Source of the DNA: Octopus sinensis | Lineage: Eukaryota | Direction of reading: 5' to 3' | NCBI RefSeq assembly: GCF_006345805.1 | Contig: NC_043017.1 | Coordinates: 16,864,001 to 16,928,000 of the forward strand | Length of the DNA: 64,000 nucleotides | Part shown: positions 12,071 to 23,290 of the stretch, in pieces | Layout: every line of letters starts with the position of its first letter | How positions within the stretch are numbered: position 1 is the first letter of the stretch | Notes under the pieces: model-generated | Seen by the model: only the letters and a program-made list of their open reading frames with translations | The model's database searches: none | Told to the model about the DNA's origin: nothing | Translations under genes and position numbers: made by a program

Positions 12071-12640
12071 CTGAAGATGCTCGACCTTTATTCTCTAGAA
12101 AAAATAATGGTGAGACCCATATTGGAGAACGGGATTCAAGCCTTCTCTTCTTATCTCCTCAAAGACATACAGCATCTCGAAAGAGTCCAGAAGCTGGCTA
12201 CCCGCATGGTTCTTGGTCTCAAGAATTTGTCTTATGAAGAAAGGCTGAAGACACTCGACCTTTATTCTCTAGAAAAACGACAACGCCATGGTGATCTCAT
12301 TCTTGCTCACAACATCATAAGCGGAAAGTGTAACCTCTCGAAAGAGCTGTTCTTCACTCCTGCTCCAGAGCATCGGCTGCGGGGTCACTCCGAAAAGCTC
12401 TATCTGTGACGATTTCATCTCAATCGAAGGAGAGGGGCTTTCTCTGTCCGGGCTGCGGATCCGTGGAACAAGCTGCCGGACGAGATAGTGAAGATGCCGA
12501 CGACCGCTCGGTTCAAAGTCTCTCTTGACCAGAAATGGCCTGAACTCTTTGCATGAACACCCTCCCTGTACATAACTCCATGTCCCCCTACATGGCCTTG
12601 CTTTTTGCTTTTTGAGCCAAAAAATTAACTTCACTTAAGA
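12071..12640 (+). mobile_element. CR1-clade LINE 3' fragment
   Basis: VRPILENGIQAFSSYLLKDIQHLERVQKLATRMV...LDLYSLEKRQRHGDLI...HRLRGHS...WNKLP; C-terminal CR1 ORF2 motifs with an internal stop. Confidence 0.88.
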
Positions 12641-12835
12641 ACACACACACACACAAAATGGACATCTTTCAGTTCCCATCTGCTAATTTCCCTTACAAGG
12701 ATTTGGTCAACCCAGGATTATAGAAAAAGACACTTGCTCAAGATTCCATTCAGTGAAACTGAACCCAAAGTCATGTCGTTGGAAACAAACTTTTAACAAC
12801 ACAGCTATGCGTGTGTGTGTGTGTGCACATGCACA

Positions 12836-13046
12836 TACTCTCTTTTATTTGTTTCAGTCATTTGACTGTGGCCATGCTGGAGCACCGCCTTTAGTCGAGC
12901 AGATCGACCCCAGGACTTATTCTTTGTAAGCCCAGTACTTATTCTATCGGTTTCTTTTGCCAAACCGCTAAGTGATGGGGACGTAAACACACCAGCATCG
13001 GTTGTCAAGCAACGCTAGGGGGACAAACACAGACACACAAACATAT

Positions 13047-13124
<78 letters not shown>

Positions 13125-13287
13125 GACAGGCTTCTTTCAGTTTCCGTCTACCAAATCCACTCACAAGGCATTGGTCGGCCCGGGGCTATAGCAGAAGACA
13201 CTTGCCCAAGATGCCACGCAGTGGGACTGAACCCGGAACCATGTGGTTGGTAAGCAAGCTGCTTACCACACAACCACTCCTGCGCCT
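12836..13287 (-). mobile_element. SINE family A, full length, expanded central (TA)n
   Basis: Head to tail match; a decayed A 5' half lies just upstream at about 12655-12810. Confidence 0.93.
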
Positions 13288-14107
13288 ATGTGTAAGTAAA
13301 TAACATAAAAAGCACTGTGTATGCCTACTATGCTTCATGCATAATAGCGCTCTTGTTTCTTTACAGCTACATGTAGTTATAAGCCCACACAACCTTTTAA
13401 TTTCTATTCAAAAAAAGGTTTTTTTTTTTTTTGTCACTTAGAGGAGGAAAGGCAGTATTCATCACCCTATTAGGGGTTATAGTAGAAGACATTTGCCCAA
13501 AGTGGGATTAAACTTGAAATCCCATAGTTGCAAAATCAACGCTTGTGCCCATCTTTATAATACTAAAATTCAAAGACTACTTCATTGGTTTCTGTGAAAT
13601 CAGATTTTCAAGAAAACAATTCATTGCAATGATAAAATGTTTCAACTAATTTAATCTTGCAGATAAAGCCTTTTGCCTGAACCTTAGAATTCACAAAAAG
13701 GATTTTGTTCTTTATCAAATAAAAAAAAAATTCTCTCTATTGCTGGTGAGAGCATCATTAAATAATGGGTGTGCAGAAGAAAAAACATCACACCAACACA
13801 TGAATGCACAGACATATGTATGTGATGGACTCTTCAGTTGGTTTCAATGTTTAAGGATCTGGACAACCCACACTTTCTTTGTTAGTCACAACGCTCATGT
13901 CAAATGTGACGTTTGAGTCCTGCTAACAATCTACTCTAAGAAGGCCACAGATGTTGCAAGCATGAGGATTACAGGTCAGTGCAGGCCATGTATTTGCAGC
14001 CTCTTTTGCTTTGCTCCCTTCAGCCAGATAATGCTGGTTGAAACAAGGTCTCTTACACCATTTTGACACAATCGTCTCCATTTTGTTTTTATATATATGT
14101 ATATATA

Positions 14108-14422
14108 TCACAGTCACCGTCACCGACCAAGCTATCAGATGTTACTACACATCGCTGGTCACAATGCGCTTCACATTGTTTTAGCCTTCAAATGACGCCA
14201 CCCCGCTGGCTAAGCGAGCAGGCCAACAGAGGAAAGGGTGAGAGAAAGTTGCGGTGAAAGGGTACAGCAGGGAGCACCAGCACCACCACCCCCTGCTGGA
14301 GCCTCATGGAGCTTCAGGTGTTTACGCTCAATAAACACTCACAACGCCCGGTCTGGGAATCGAAACTGCGATCCTCCGACCGCGAGTCCACTGCCCTAAC
14401 CACTGGGCCATTGTGCCTCCAC
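14108..14422 (-). mobile_element. tRNA-derived SINE family D, tail type D2
   Basis: Head gtggaggcacaatggcccagtggttagggcagtggactcgcggtc...gtttcgattccc; tail as in 43564-43868. Confidence 0.9.
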
Positions 14423-14463
<41 letters not shown>

Positions 14464-14632
14464 AATATACATATATATATATACACACACACACCCACAC
14501 ACAAGATTTTAAAAGATTCATATCAAAGGCGTGTACACACAGACACACACAAATTTGTTCTGCACTATAAAACATAATTTTCTCAGTTATGAATAAAAAG
14601 AGTTTTACATAGGTCTCTCTCTTTCACACTAT

Positions 14633-14681
<49 letters not shown>

Positions 14682-14852
14682 TATGCACACGCATGTATTC
14701 ACGTGTTTACACATAATGTTTCTCGCTAAGAGAAAGAAAACAGTTTAGTGACCTGGGTGGGAGGAATACAGTGATAAAACAAAAAGTACAGAGCTATAAG
14801 AATAAGAGTGAAAAAGGAGAGACTGCTACAAAGAAGATCAATGCTTGCTTAC

Positions 14853-14893
14853 CACCAGACCACAAACAACCACCATTAACGAATCAACAACAT
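14853..14893 (-). CDS. Candidate micro-exon (VVDSLMVVVCGLV)
   Basis: ttgttgtcag acceptor, GTAAGC donor, 41 nt, phase 1 in / 0 out. Confidence 0.2.
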
Positions 14894-15180
14894 CTGACAA
14901 CAAGCAATAACGACTCGTGTACCTGATGACCTCATACACCCATATAACGAAGCAATTCAACTGGTTTGTTTATGAGTTTGTGGGGTTTTGTTTGCACTTT
15001 TTTCTCAAAAATCAGTTCAGTTATTTTAGCTGTGGTGTGCCAGTTTGGATTGATGCGTGGATTTATTTCTTTTTGTTCAAATTCAGATGAAATAAAGCTG
15101 GAAAAATTTCAGAACTGACTGTATACAGATACATTTAATTATGAAATTAAATTCAACACATAGTGTAGTAGTCAGGGAGA

Positions 15181-15567
15181 GTGGAGGCGCAATGGCCCAG
15201 TGGTTAGGGCAGCGGACTCGCGGTCGTAGGATCGCGGTTTCGATTCCCAGACCGGGCGTTGTGAGTGTTTATTGAGCGAAAACGCCTAAAGCTCCACGAG
15301 GCTCCGGCAGGGATGGTGGTGATCCTGCTGTACTCTTTCACCACAACTTTCTCTCACTCTAACTTCCTGTTTCTGTTGTACCTGTATTTCAAAGGGCCGG
15401 CTTTGTCACTCTCTGTGTCACGCTGAATATCCCCGAGAACTACGTTAAGAGTACACGTGTCTGTGGAGTGCTCAGCCACTTACACGTTAATTTCACGAGC
15501 AGGCTGTTCTGTTGATCGGATCAACCGGAACCCTCATGTTCGTAACCGACGGTGTGCTTCCCTCCAT
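15181..15567 (+). mobile_element. tRNA-derived SINE family D, tail type D1, full length
   Basis: A-box tggcccagtggt, B-box ggtttcgattccc; TSD tcagggaga(gt) at 15172-15182 and 15568-15578. Confidence 0.93.
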
Positions 15568-15660
15568 TCAGGGAGAGTAGTTCATCTAGAATCTAGGGTC
15601 CTGTCCATTGACATGTTGCTCCAACTTCTAGGCAACCATTAAATGAGTATCATGTGGGAT

Positions 15661-16115
15661 TCATCATCATCATCATCGTTTAACGTCTGCTTTCCATGCT
15701 AGCATGCGTTGGACGGTTTGACTGAGGGATGGCGAACCAGATGGCTGCACCAGGCTCCAGTCTTGATTTGGCTGAGTTTCTACAACTGGATGCTCTTCCT
15801 AACGCCAACCACTCCGAGAGTGTAGTGGGTGCTTTTAAAGTGCCACCAGCACGAGGGCCAGTCTGGCGGTACTGGCAACGGCCACGCTCAAATGGTGCTT
15901 TTTATGTGCCACCTGCACAGGAGTCAGTCCAGCAGCACTGGCAACGACCTCGCTTGAATGTTTTGTTCACGTGCCACCGGCACAAGTGCCAGTGAGGTGA
16001 CACTGACAACGATCACACTCAAATGGTGCTCTTTACGTGCCAGACAGCTGCTCTGGCAGTGATCCTGCTTGGATGGAGCTGTTAGCGCTCCACTGGCACA
16101 GGTGCCAGTCATCGA
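15661..16115 (-). mobile_element. Family C (RTE 3'UTR fragment) with about 4 subrepeats
   Basis: (GAT)n tail and repeated gtgccacc..gcac units. Confidence 0.85.
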
Positions 16116-16691
16116 ATTTGGTGCAATTTCGATTAACCCTTTGCTTTTGGTCCTCCAATGATTTTGTTACAATACAGTAATCCGGCAGTTCGGATGGATG
16201 ATGCACCCTTAAGAGTTGCACAGTACTGTCTTTTATGAACCATCAAGCGAAAGAGTTTTACGACTACAAATTCCCCATAGAAGATATCAATTGCCGCCAA
16301 TTGGCTCTAGCGTTTGTAGGAATACTTCACTGAAATGTGTTGATGTTCAACTAGAGAGCTAGCTTATACCTGTCGCCCATGCATCACCAATTCTGTCACA
16401 TTTATTTTTTTCTCTCTTGAACTCAAGCTGATAGGTGAGAAAGGGAAATTTAAGAAAACATTTTTTGGCCTCCCAGTTTTGGCTGATGGGAAATCTCTAG
16501 GACCAAAGCTTGTCACTCTTCAAAGTAAATAATCTACTATAAATGAATCTTTGGAAAAACTTTTTTTTTTTTTCAACCAGAAGACAGAAGTTACCGACAC
16601 TTGAATTAGTGTAACCATACCACATCTGGAAATACCAAAGCATACGGTTATTCTAAATTGTAAATAATCTTACTGATATTTTACTTCATTA

Positions 16692-17083
16692 TCTCTCTCT
16701 ATATAAAGCTGAAGTTGTCTGCGTATGGTAGGTTTGGTAGCCTTCAACTAACACTATCTCCTTCGAGACCCTGCGGCGCAAGTTGACCAAAATTGAGAGT
16801 ATGATAGAAGAAGGCTTGCTCTTCCTTCCATGGAAGAAAAAATTCAAATCGGACCATGTTAACACCAAAAGTTATTTACATCAAAAAGGTGCTTTTTTCT
16901 ATGTAAATACCTATTTTTTACGATTTTTTTTACTGCTGTGTCGCCATTTTTCGGTGTATTTCAACCAGAAAAATGTTCACTTAAAGAGAATAACTAGCTA
17001 CATAATGCAAAATTTTTACTTTACAAAAATTCCAATTCTAAAGGGTCGAAACAAACCCGAGCAACGCCAGGCGATACTGCTAG
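16692..17083 (+). mobile_element. Non-autonomous Helitron family E, complete
   Basis: A|TCTCTCTCTATATAAAGCTGAAG...cccgagcaacgccagg...CTAG|T; no TSD. Confidence 0.9.
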
Positions 17084-17707
17084 TTAAAGTTATAATCAGA
17101 GTCAGTATAATTGAAGTAGGTGTGATTATGCCAGACCAAATGTACAAGGATAATGTGTCTTTTTTAGGGTGGGGCTTAATAAAACAACAGGGAAAATAAA
17201 CTGCTGGGAGAAAAGGCACATAAGAGGAATCTTGAGGTAGTAACCACATTCACATTAAAAAAAAAATGTAATCTATAAGAAAATTACAATAAAATAATAA
17301 GATGGTTGTTATTAACGCTATAAATTAAACATCAAGTTACTGTTAAGATATCAAAGTTTATCCCACATAAATAGCAAACTTGTGTGTAAAATGTGTCTCC
17401 AAAGTAATAACAGACATTCTTTGAAGTTAATAATTACCTTCCAGCCGAAGGAAAGAACGGAAAATTTTGTGTGAATGTAAACAAGCATCTAAATGAGAAT
17501 TCCTCACCCCCAAAGATTATAGTTGTTGTGGATTAAATAAAAGAGGGCAGAATAGGTGGGGTTTTTTTTTTAATTTTTATTTTTCAATTTTTTGATAACT
17601 AATAGCAAGACCCATAATGTTATATGATAAACAACACCATTATAATAATGAGTGACAGCAGTGAGGGATGAACAGAAATATATTTTGCCTACAGAAAGGA
17701 ATGGTGG

Positions 17708-17939
17708 CAATGGCAAGCTGGCAAAAATGTTAACACGTCGGGCGAAATGTTTAGCGGTATTTCGTCTGCCGTTACGTTCCGAGTTCAAATTCTGCTGAGG
17801 TCGACTTTGCCTTTCATCCTTTCGGGGTCGATAAACTAAATACCAGTTACGTACTGGGGTCGATGTAATCGACTTAATCCGTTTGTCTGTCCTTGTTTGT
17901 CCCCTCTGTGTTTAGCCCCTTGTGGGCAATAAAGAAATA
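17708..17939 (+). mobile_element. SINE family B (B1), full length
   Basis: 15-bp TSD agaaaggaatggtgg at 17693-17707 and 17940-17954. Confidence 0.93.
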
Positions 17940-18259
17940 AGAAAGGAATGGTGGAAACAAGTGGGAAGGAGAGAGAGAGAGAGTGAGAGACGAAACAGAG
18001 AGTAAGAGAGATAGTGTGTGTGTGTGTGTGTTTGTACCACGGAATGATCTCACTACACATTACCATTATAACTATTATAGTAAAAAAAAAATGTCAGGCT
18101 GAATGCTTGACAATATTTTGTCACTTTATAATGAAGTTGAAAGTCAGTAGTAGTTCTGTCAATGTCATTATTCCTTTCAAATACCTGGCCTTGTACCCAG
18201 GTAAGAAATGATTAATATCCTATTGGCAAAATTTTATGAGAAAAATGCTTTGCAATATT

Positions 18260-18608
18260 TGTTCCAGCTCTTTACATTCTGAGTTCAAGTTCAAACAGGA
18301 TTTGCTTTTAATCTCTTCAGAGTGCATTAAATAAAGTACAGAAGTTGATGGGATTGACTATGCCCCTCCCCTCAACTTACTGGCCATATGCCAAAGTCAG
18401 AAATCTCCATTATTCTTGCTGGCCATCTTCACATTCTGAGTTCAAATTCCACTGAGGTTGACTTTGCCTTTCATCCTTTCGGGGTCAATAAAATAAGTAC
18501 CAGTTGAACATTGGAGTCGATGTAATCAACTAGTCCCTCCACCCCCAAAATTTCAGGCCTTGTGCCTATAGTAGGAAGAATTATTATTATTATTATCATC
18601 ATTAATTA
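18260..18608 (+). mobile_element. Two tandem SINE B copies with the alternative B2 tail
   Basis: B core (ttctgagttcaa...ctttcatcctttcggggtc), then cccccaaaatttcaggccttgtgcc...(ATT)n. Confidence 0.7.
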
Positions 18609-18612
18609 TTAA

Positions 18613-18832
18613 CCCTTTCATTACTGTATTTATGTTGAGATGTTCTGTGTTTCTTTCAATTACTTTAAATATAACAAAGAATTTAGTAAAATAACTTAGT
18701 TATCATTCAGCTGGTGTTAGGAACATAAATTGTGACTAAGGTTTGGTGGAAGATTTTATTTCAAAACTTATGAAAACAAGACATTTGTACTTAGAGCCAG
18801 AACCGGTTTCAGCTGGGTTGGTAACGAAGGGG
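18613..18832. mobile_element. TTAA-flanked MITE family J (piggyBac-type ends)
   Basis: TTAA|ccctttcattac...gtaacgaagggg|TTAA. Confidence 0.8.
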
Positions 18833-18835
18833 TTA

Positions 18836-19070
18836 AGGCGGCAAGCTGTTAACACACCAGACAAAAATGCTGATTCACCTTTTTTCATATTTACATTCTG
18901 AGTTCAAATTCTGCCAAAGTCAACTTTGCCATTCACCCTTTTAGGGTCGACAAAAGAAGTACCAGTCAAATACTGGGGTTAAGGTAATCAGTTTACATCT
19001 CCCTTCAAAACCTGCTGGTTCTGTGCCAAAATTTGAAATCATTATTATTATTATTACTACTACTACTACT
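18836..19070 (+). mobile_element. SINE B, B2 tail (older copy)
   Basis: ggcggcaagctg head, B core, ctgtgccaaaatttgaaatc(att)n tail. Confidence 0.75.
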
Positions 19071-19504
19071 GCTGCTGCAATGAGCTACTAGAATCATTGA
19101 AGCTGTGGATAGCAACAACAACAGCACTGTCACATTGTTGAAGACTAGGTTTATTCCTAACAACAATACCTTAATTCCATTTAACTGTCTCGAATATTTA
19201 GAAAACATTAAAGCTAAAATATATCTCAGACTAAATATTATCTATGCATAAAAATCTTTAAAGGACCTAATAATTTTCCATAAAATCTCAAGTAAACTAT
19301 AAGTATTTCAAACGTGGGGAACAATTAACGGTTAAATTAACAGGTATGAGTGCAAGTCGTTCAGTCACATATACACAAATATAATGCACAAAGTGTGTAA
19401 ATAATTCTCAGGTGAAAAACACACAGAACAAAGTTTGCTTAAAAGTAGAAATACAACAGTGGAAGAAACAGAAAAAGTGGAGAGAAAAGGCAAAAAGAAC
19501 TTAC

Positions 19505-19572
19505 GTATGAAGACAAGAAACCCAGAGGTGAATTTGTGGATATATTTAAAATGATTTACAAAATCGTTAATT
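19505..19572 (-). CDS. Candidate exon (INDFVNHFKYIHKFTSGFLVFI)
   Basis: ccttatttag acceptor, GTAAGT donor, 68 nt, phase 2 in / 1 out; the other two frames are closed. Confidence 0.22.
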
Positions 19573-19999
19573 CTAAATAAGGAAGGTAATGAAAGAAATG
19601 TGGAGAGTTTTACCAACGTTTTTCTTCCTTCTCGTTTGCTATTTATTAATTACACAATGACGACTTCCTTTCCTATTGTCAGGGAAAGTTGTAGCATGGC
19701 AGGTGACGAGTACAGTCATAAAACTATATCTTCTAATAAAACTGCCCTCACCTAACACAACCAAGGCTTGTCATGAGAAAAAATTGAATGGAACTGAATG
19801 ACACTTAACTGTGCGCACGGGGGAGAGAGAAGGGGGGAACTGATATCTCACATTCGCTTAGTAATAAGTGGTGTACATGCTTACTTCTGCTGTTGCATTT
19901 GTGATACATTTAGGCATTTTCTTCTCACCTGACACCTCTCTCTAGAAGTAATGTGGAAGGAAAACAAATAATGAAATTAATCAGAAGGGAGGATCATTA

Positions 20000-20565
20000 T
20001 AGGCGTAGGAGTGGCTGTGTGGTAAGTAGCTTGCTAACCAACCACATGGTTCTGGGTTCAGTCCCACTGCGTGGCACCTTGGGCAAGTGTCTTCTACTAT
20101 AGCCTTGGGCCAACCAAAGCCTTGTGAGTGGATTTGGTAGACGGAAACTGAAAGAAGCCTGTCGTATATATGTATATCTCCCTGTTTCTTTCTGTGTTCC
20201 TTTCTGTAGAAGAGCGTAGGCTCGAAACGTTAAAGACTTTTTCAATTCCCGAGCGTTATACTAATACATCTGTTTGTTGTCTACACCACTTGTCTTCGTC
20301 TTTTTTTTTTTTGTGAATTCTCCCTATATATATATATGTATGTATGTTTGTGTGTCTGTGTTTGCCCCCCCACCACACAAACACACACATCACTTGACAA
20401 CCGATACTGGTGTTTGCGTCCCCATAACTTAGCGGTTCGGCAAAAGAGGCCAATAGAATAAGTACTAGGCTTACAAAGAATAAGTCCTGGGGTCGATTTG
20501 ATTCGACTAAAGGCGGTGCTCCAGCATGACCACAGTCAAATGACTGAAACAAGTAAAAGAGTAGA
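20000..20565 (+). mobile_element. SINE family A split by a family G insertion in its central TA tract
   Basis: 5' half to about 20177; 3' half resumes at about 20326. Confidence 0.88.
20178..20325 (-). mobile_element. Penelope-like fragment (family G)
   Basis: Reverse complement of the 28112-28292 segment (gggagaattcac...gacgaagac...acgtttcgagcctacgctcttc). Confidence 0.65.
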
Positions 20566-21274
20566 TAAAATTCTACTGAATATAACAATGCTGAGGTAGT
20601 TGGTGAAAGCAAAGTGTAAAGTTGATAACAGTACCAGAGTGATATTTTTAATCTTGCTTATTTTAACCAAGTTTCAATACAAAGTTTTAAACTTCAATTA
20701 AAATTGAAGGAATATGCAAATACAAAGGCCAAAAAGGATCTCTGGACTAATGTCACATAACAGGTTGTGTAACTTAGAAACCAAGGAATTTCTCCAGGTT
20801 GAGCCACTTACTTCAAACCGAGAGGTCACAACTCCTGACATATGATAAGTATGTCATAGGAGAGAATCAAAAGACAGATCCTTCAAATTGAACCAACCAG
20901 CACAACACCTAGGGTTAGACCAGGAATGAGATGGTTTGGACAATGTCTATAGTTTTAGTTGATGACTTGGGAATCTAGCCAGAAAGTCTAATGACAGCTG
21001 CTTCTGATAGTGCCCTAAGGAGGAGGTGCCTGAGGACCCTACCCCACCATGACTCTACTAGAAATAATGGGTGGAGAAGGTGGATGGACGGAAACATAGT
21101 TACACTTAACAGTTCTATATTAAAAACACAAAAATACTGCAAAAGTCGGGGAAAAAGTCCCTTGATTTACAAATAATTTATTCTAATCGTACCAACATTT
21201 TAAGAAACTGCTATAATTTGTTGGTTGAATTTATACAACACTGGATAGTACGGTACTTATTTTAAGAATTTACA

Positions 21275-21674
21275 TACTCTTTTACTCTTTTACTTGTTTC
21301 AGTCATTTGACTGCGGCCATGCTGGAGCACCGCCTTTAATCGAACAACTCGACCCCGGGACTTATTCTTTTGTAAGCCCAGTACTTATTCTATCGGTCTC
21401 TTTTGCCGAACCGCTAAGTAACGGGGACATAAACACACCAGCATCGGTTGTCAAGCAATGCTAGGGGACAAACACAGACACGCATATATATATATATATA
21501 TACATATATACGACGGGCTTCTTTCAGTTTCCGTCTACCAAATCCACTCACAAGGCTTTGGTCGGCCCGAGGCTATAGTAGAAGACACTTGCCCAAGGTG
21601 CCACGCAGTTGGACTGAACCCGGAAGCATGTGGTTGGTAGACAAGCTACTTACCACACAAACACTCCTGTGCCT
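21275..21674 (-). mobile_element. SINE family A, full length
   Basis: Head to tail match. Confidence 0.93.
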
Positions 21675-21789
21675 ATGGGATAAAAAAAAAATATTTAAAG
21701 AAATTACTGTGAAATGACAAAGAAACGAAGATGAATCCCTGAGAGTTTATGTTCTTTCTTTTTTCTTTTTGTAAGGAATTAAAAATTTA

Positions 21790-22010
21790 TTAAACCTTTC
21801 GGCATTCAAATTAAACTGTCGAATGTAATGCTTATTTATTCGTATTGTTTTGAATTAATCATGCATTATCTTGTAGCTTTGGGATTTCAATGATGTGACT
21901 GCCTACTTTTAGACTGACATTGCAGGGTAGGTGTGAGAGGCCATGTTCAGCTGGTTTTAACAACAAACAGGTGTAATTCTTGGGGGCCTGATACAGCCAG
22001 TTTAAATTAA
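21790..22010 (+). mobile_element. MITE family I, decayed
   Basis: gcattatcttgtagct...gggtaggtgtgagaggcca interior shared with 38848-39068. Confidence 0.7.
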
Positions 22011-22074
22011 GGGCTCATAACTAAAATATGTGGAGGATGAAAGAAGAGACAGTATGTGTAAAGATTGGCACAAT

Positions 22075-22205
22075 CATCCTCATCATCGTTTAACGTCCGT
22101 TTTCCATGCTAGCATGGGTTGGACGGTTCGACCGGGGTCTGGGAAGCCAGGAGGCTGCACCAGGATTGGTGCAATTTACGTGCCACCAGCATGGAAGCCA
22201 ATGAA
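22075..22205 (-). mobile_element. Family C fragment with an internal deletion
   Basis: catcatcgtttaacgtccg...ctgcaccagg joined to tttacgtgccaccagc. Confidence 0.8.
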
Positions 22206-22309
22206 TATGAATAAAACATAAAGCAGTAGAATAATGCAGATAAGGCCAGTCTATTGACAGAATGGATATAAAGTGGGATCAGATATCATGCTTTGTTTAG
22301 TCACGGTAC

Positions 22310-22644
22310 CTCACGTCTTTTTATCTTTTTGCATGTTTCAGTTATGAGACCGCAGACATTGCCTTGCAGAGATTTTAACTGAACAAATGAAGCCCAGTAT
22401 TTATTTTATCAATCTCTTTACTCTTTTACTTGTTTCAGTCATTTGACTGCGGCCATGCTGGAGCACTGCCTTTAATCGAGCAAATAGACCCCGGGACTTA
22501 TTCTTTTTGTAAGCCTAGTACTTATTCTATCAGTCTCTTTTGCCGAACCGCTAAGTTTCAGGGACGTAAACACACCAGCATCGGTTGTCAAGCGATGTTG
22601 GGGGGACAAACAGACACACACACACACACACATACATATATATA

Positions 22645-22682
<38 letters not shown>

Positions 22683-23112
22683 TACGATGGGCTTCTTTCA
22701 GTTTCCATCTACTAAATCCACTCACAAGGCTTTGGTCAGCCCAAGGCTACAGTAGAAGACACTTGCCCAAGGTGTCACGCAGTGGGACTGAACCTGGAAC
22801 CATGTGGTTGGTAAGCAAGCTACTTACCACACAGCCACTCCTATCAATCTCTTTTGTTGAACTGCTAAGTTACAGGGACATAAACATACTATCACTGGTT
22901 GTCAGCAGAACAAGCACAGACACAAAGTCACACACAGACAAATATATATATATATATATACAATAGGCGTCTTTCAGTTTCCAACAACCAAATCCTCTCA
23001 TAAGTCTTTGGTCAGCCCGAGGCTATAGTTGAAGACACTTGCCCAAGGTGCCACACAGTGGGACTGAACTTGGAACTATGTGATTGGGATGTAAGCTTCT
23101 TACCACACAGCC
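22310..23112 (-). mobile_element. Old SINE A interrupted by a young SINE A (22420-22841)
   Basis: 13-bp TSD tatcaatctcttt at 22407-22419 and 22842-22854; flanks rejoin as a decayed A copy. Confidence 0.85.
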
Positions 23113-23114
23113 TA

Positions 23115-23290
23115 CAAGTCTGAGTTTGAATTCCAACAAGGTTGATTTTGCTTTTCATCCCTCTAGGGGTTGAGAAAATAAGTAGGGGTCAAATAACCGG
23201 GGGGGGTTTCATTTGCTTTAAGCAAATTTATTACCGTCCTCTCAAATTCAGTCCCTGCCTAAGTTCAATATCAATATTATGTATATTACG
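23115..23290 (+). mobile_element. SINE B, B2-type, decayed
   Basis: tctgagtttgaattcc...cttttcatccctctaggggt...cctctcaaattcagtccctgcc. Confidence 0.6.

Noticed and set aside
15183-15260. tRNA gene-like sequence (also at 53083, 43566, 14350)
   Set aside because: It is the SINE D head: it continues into the SINE body, is bounded by TSDs and lacks a clean acceptor stem
20835-20866. Imperfect hairpin ctcctgacatat...gtatgtcataggag as a possible miRNA
   Set aside because: Too short for a pre-miRNA and lies in what may be a decayed RTE remnant (about 20740-21080)
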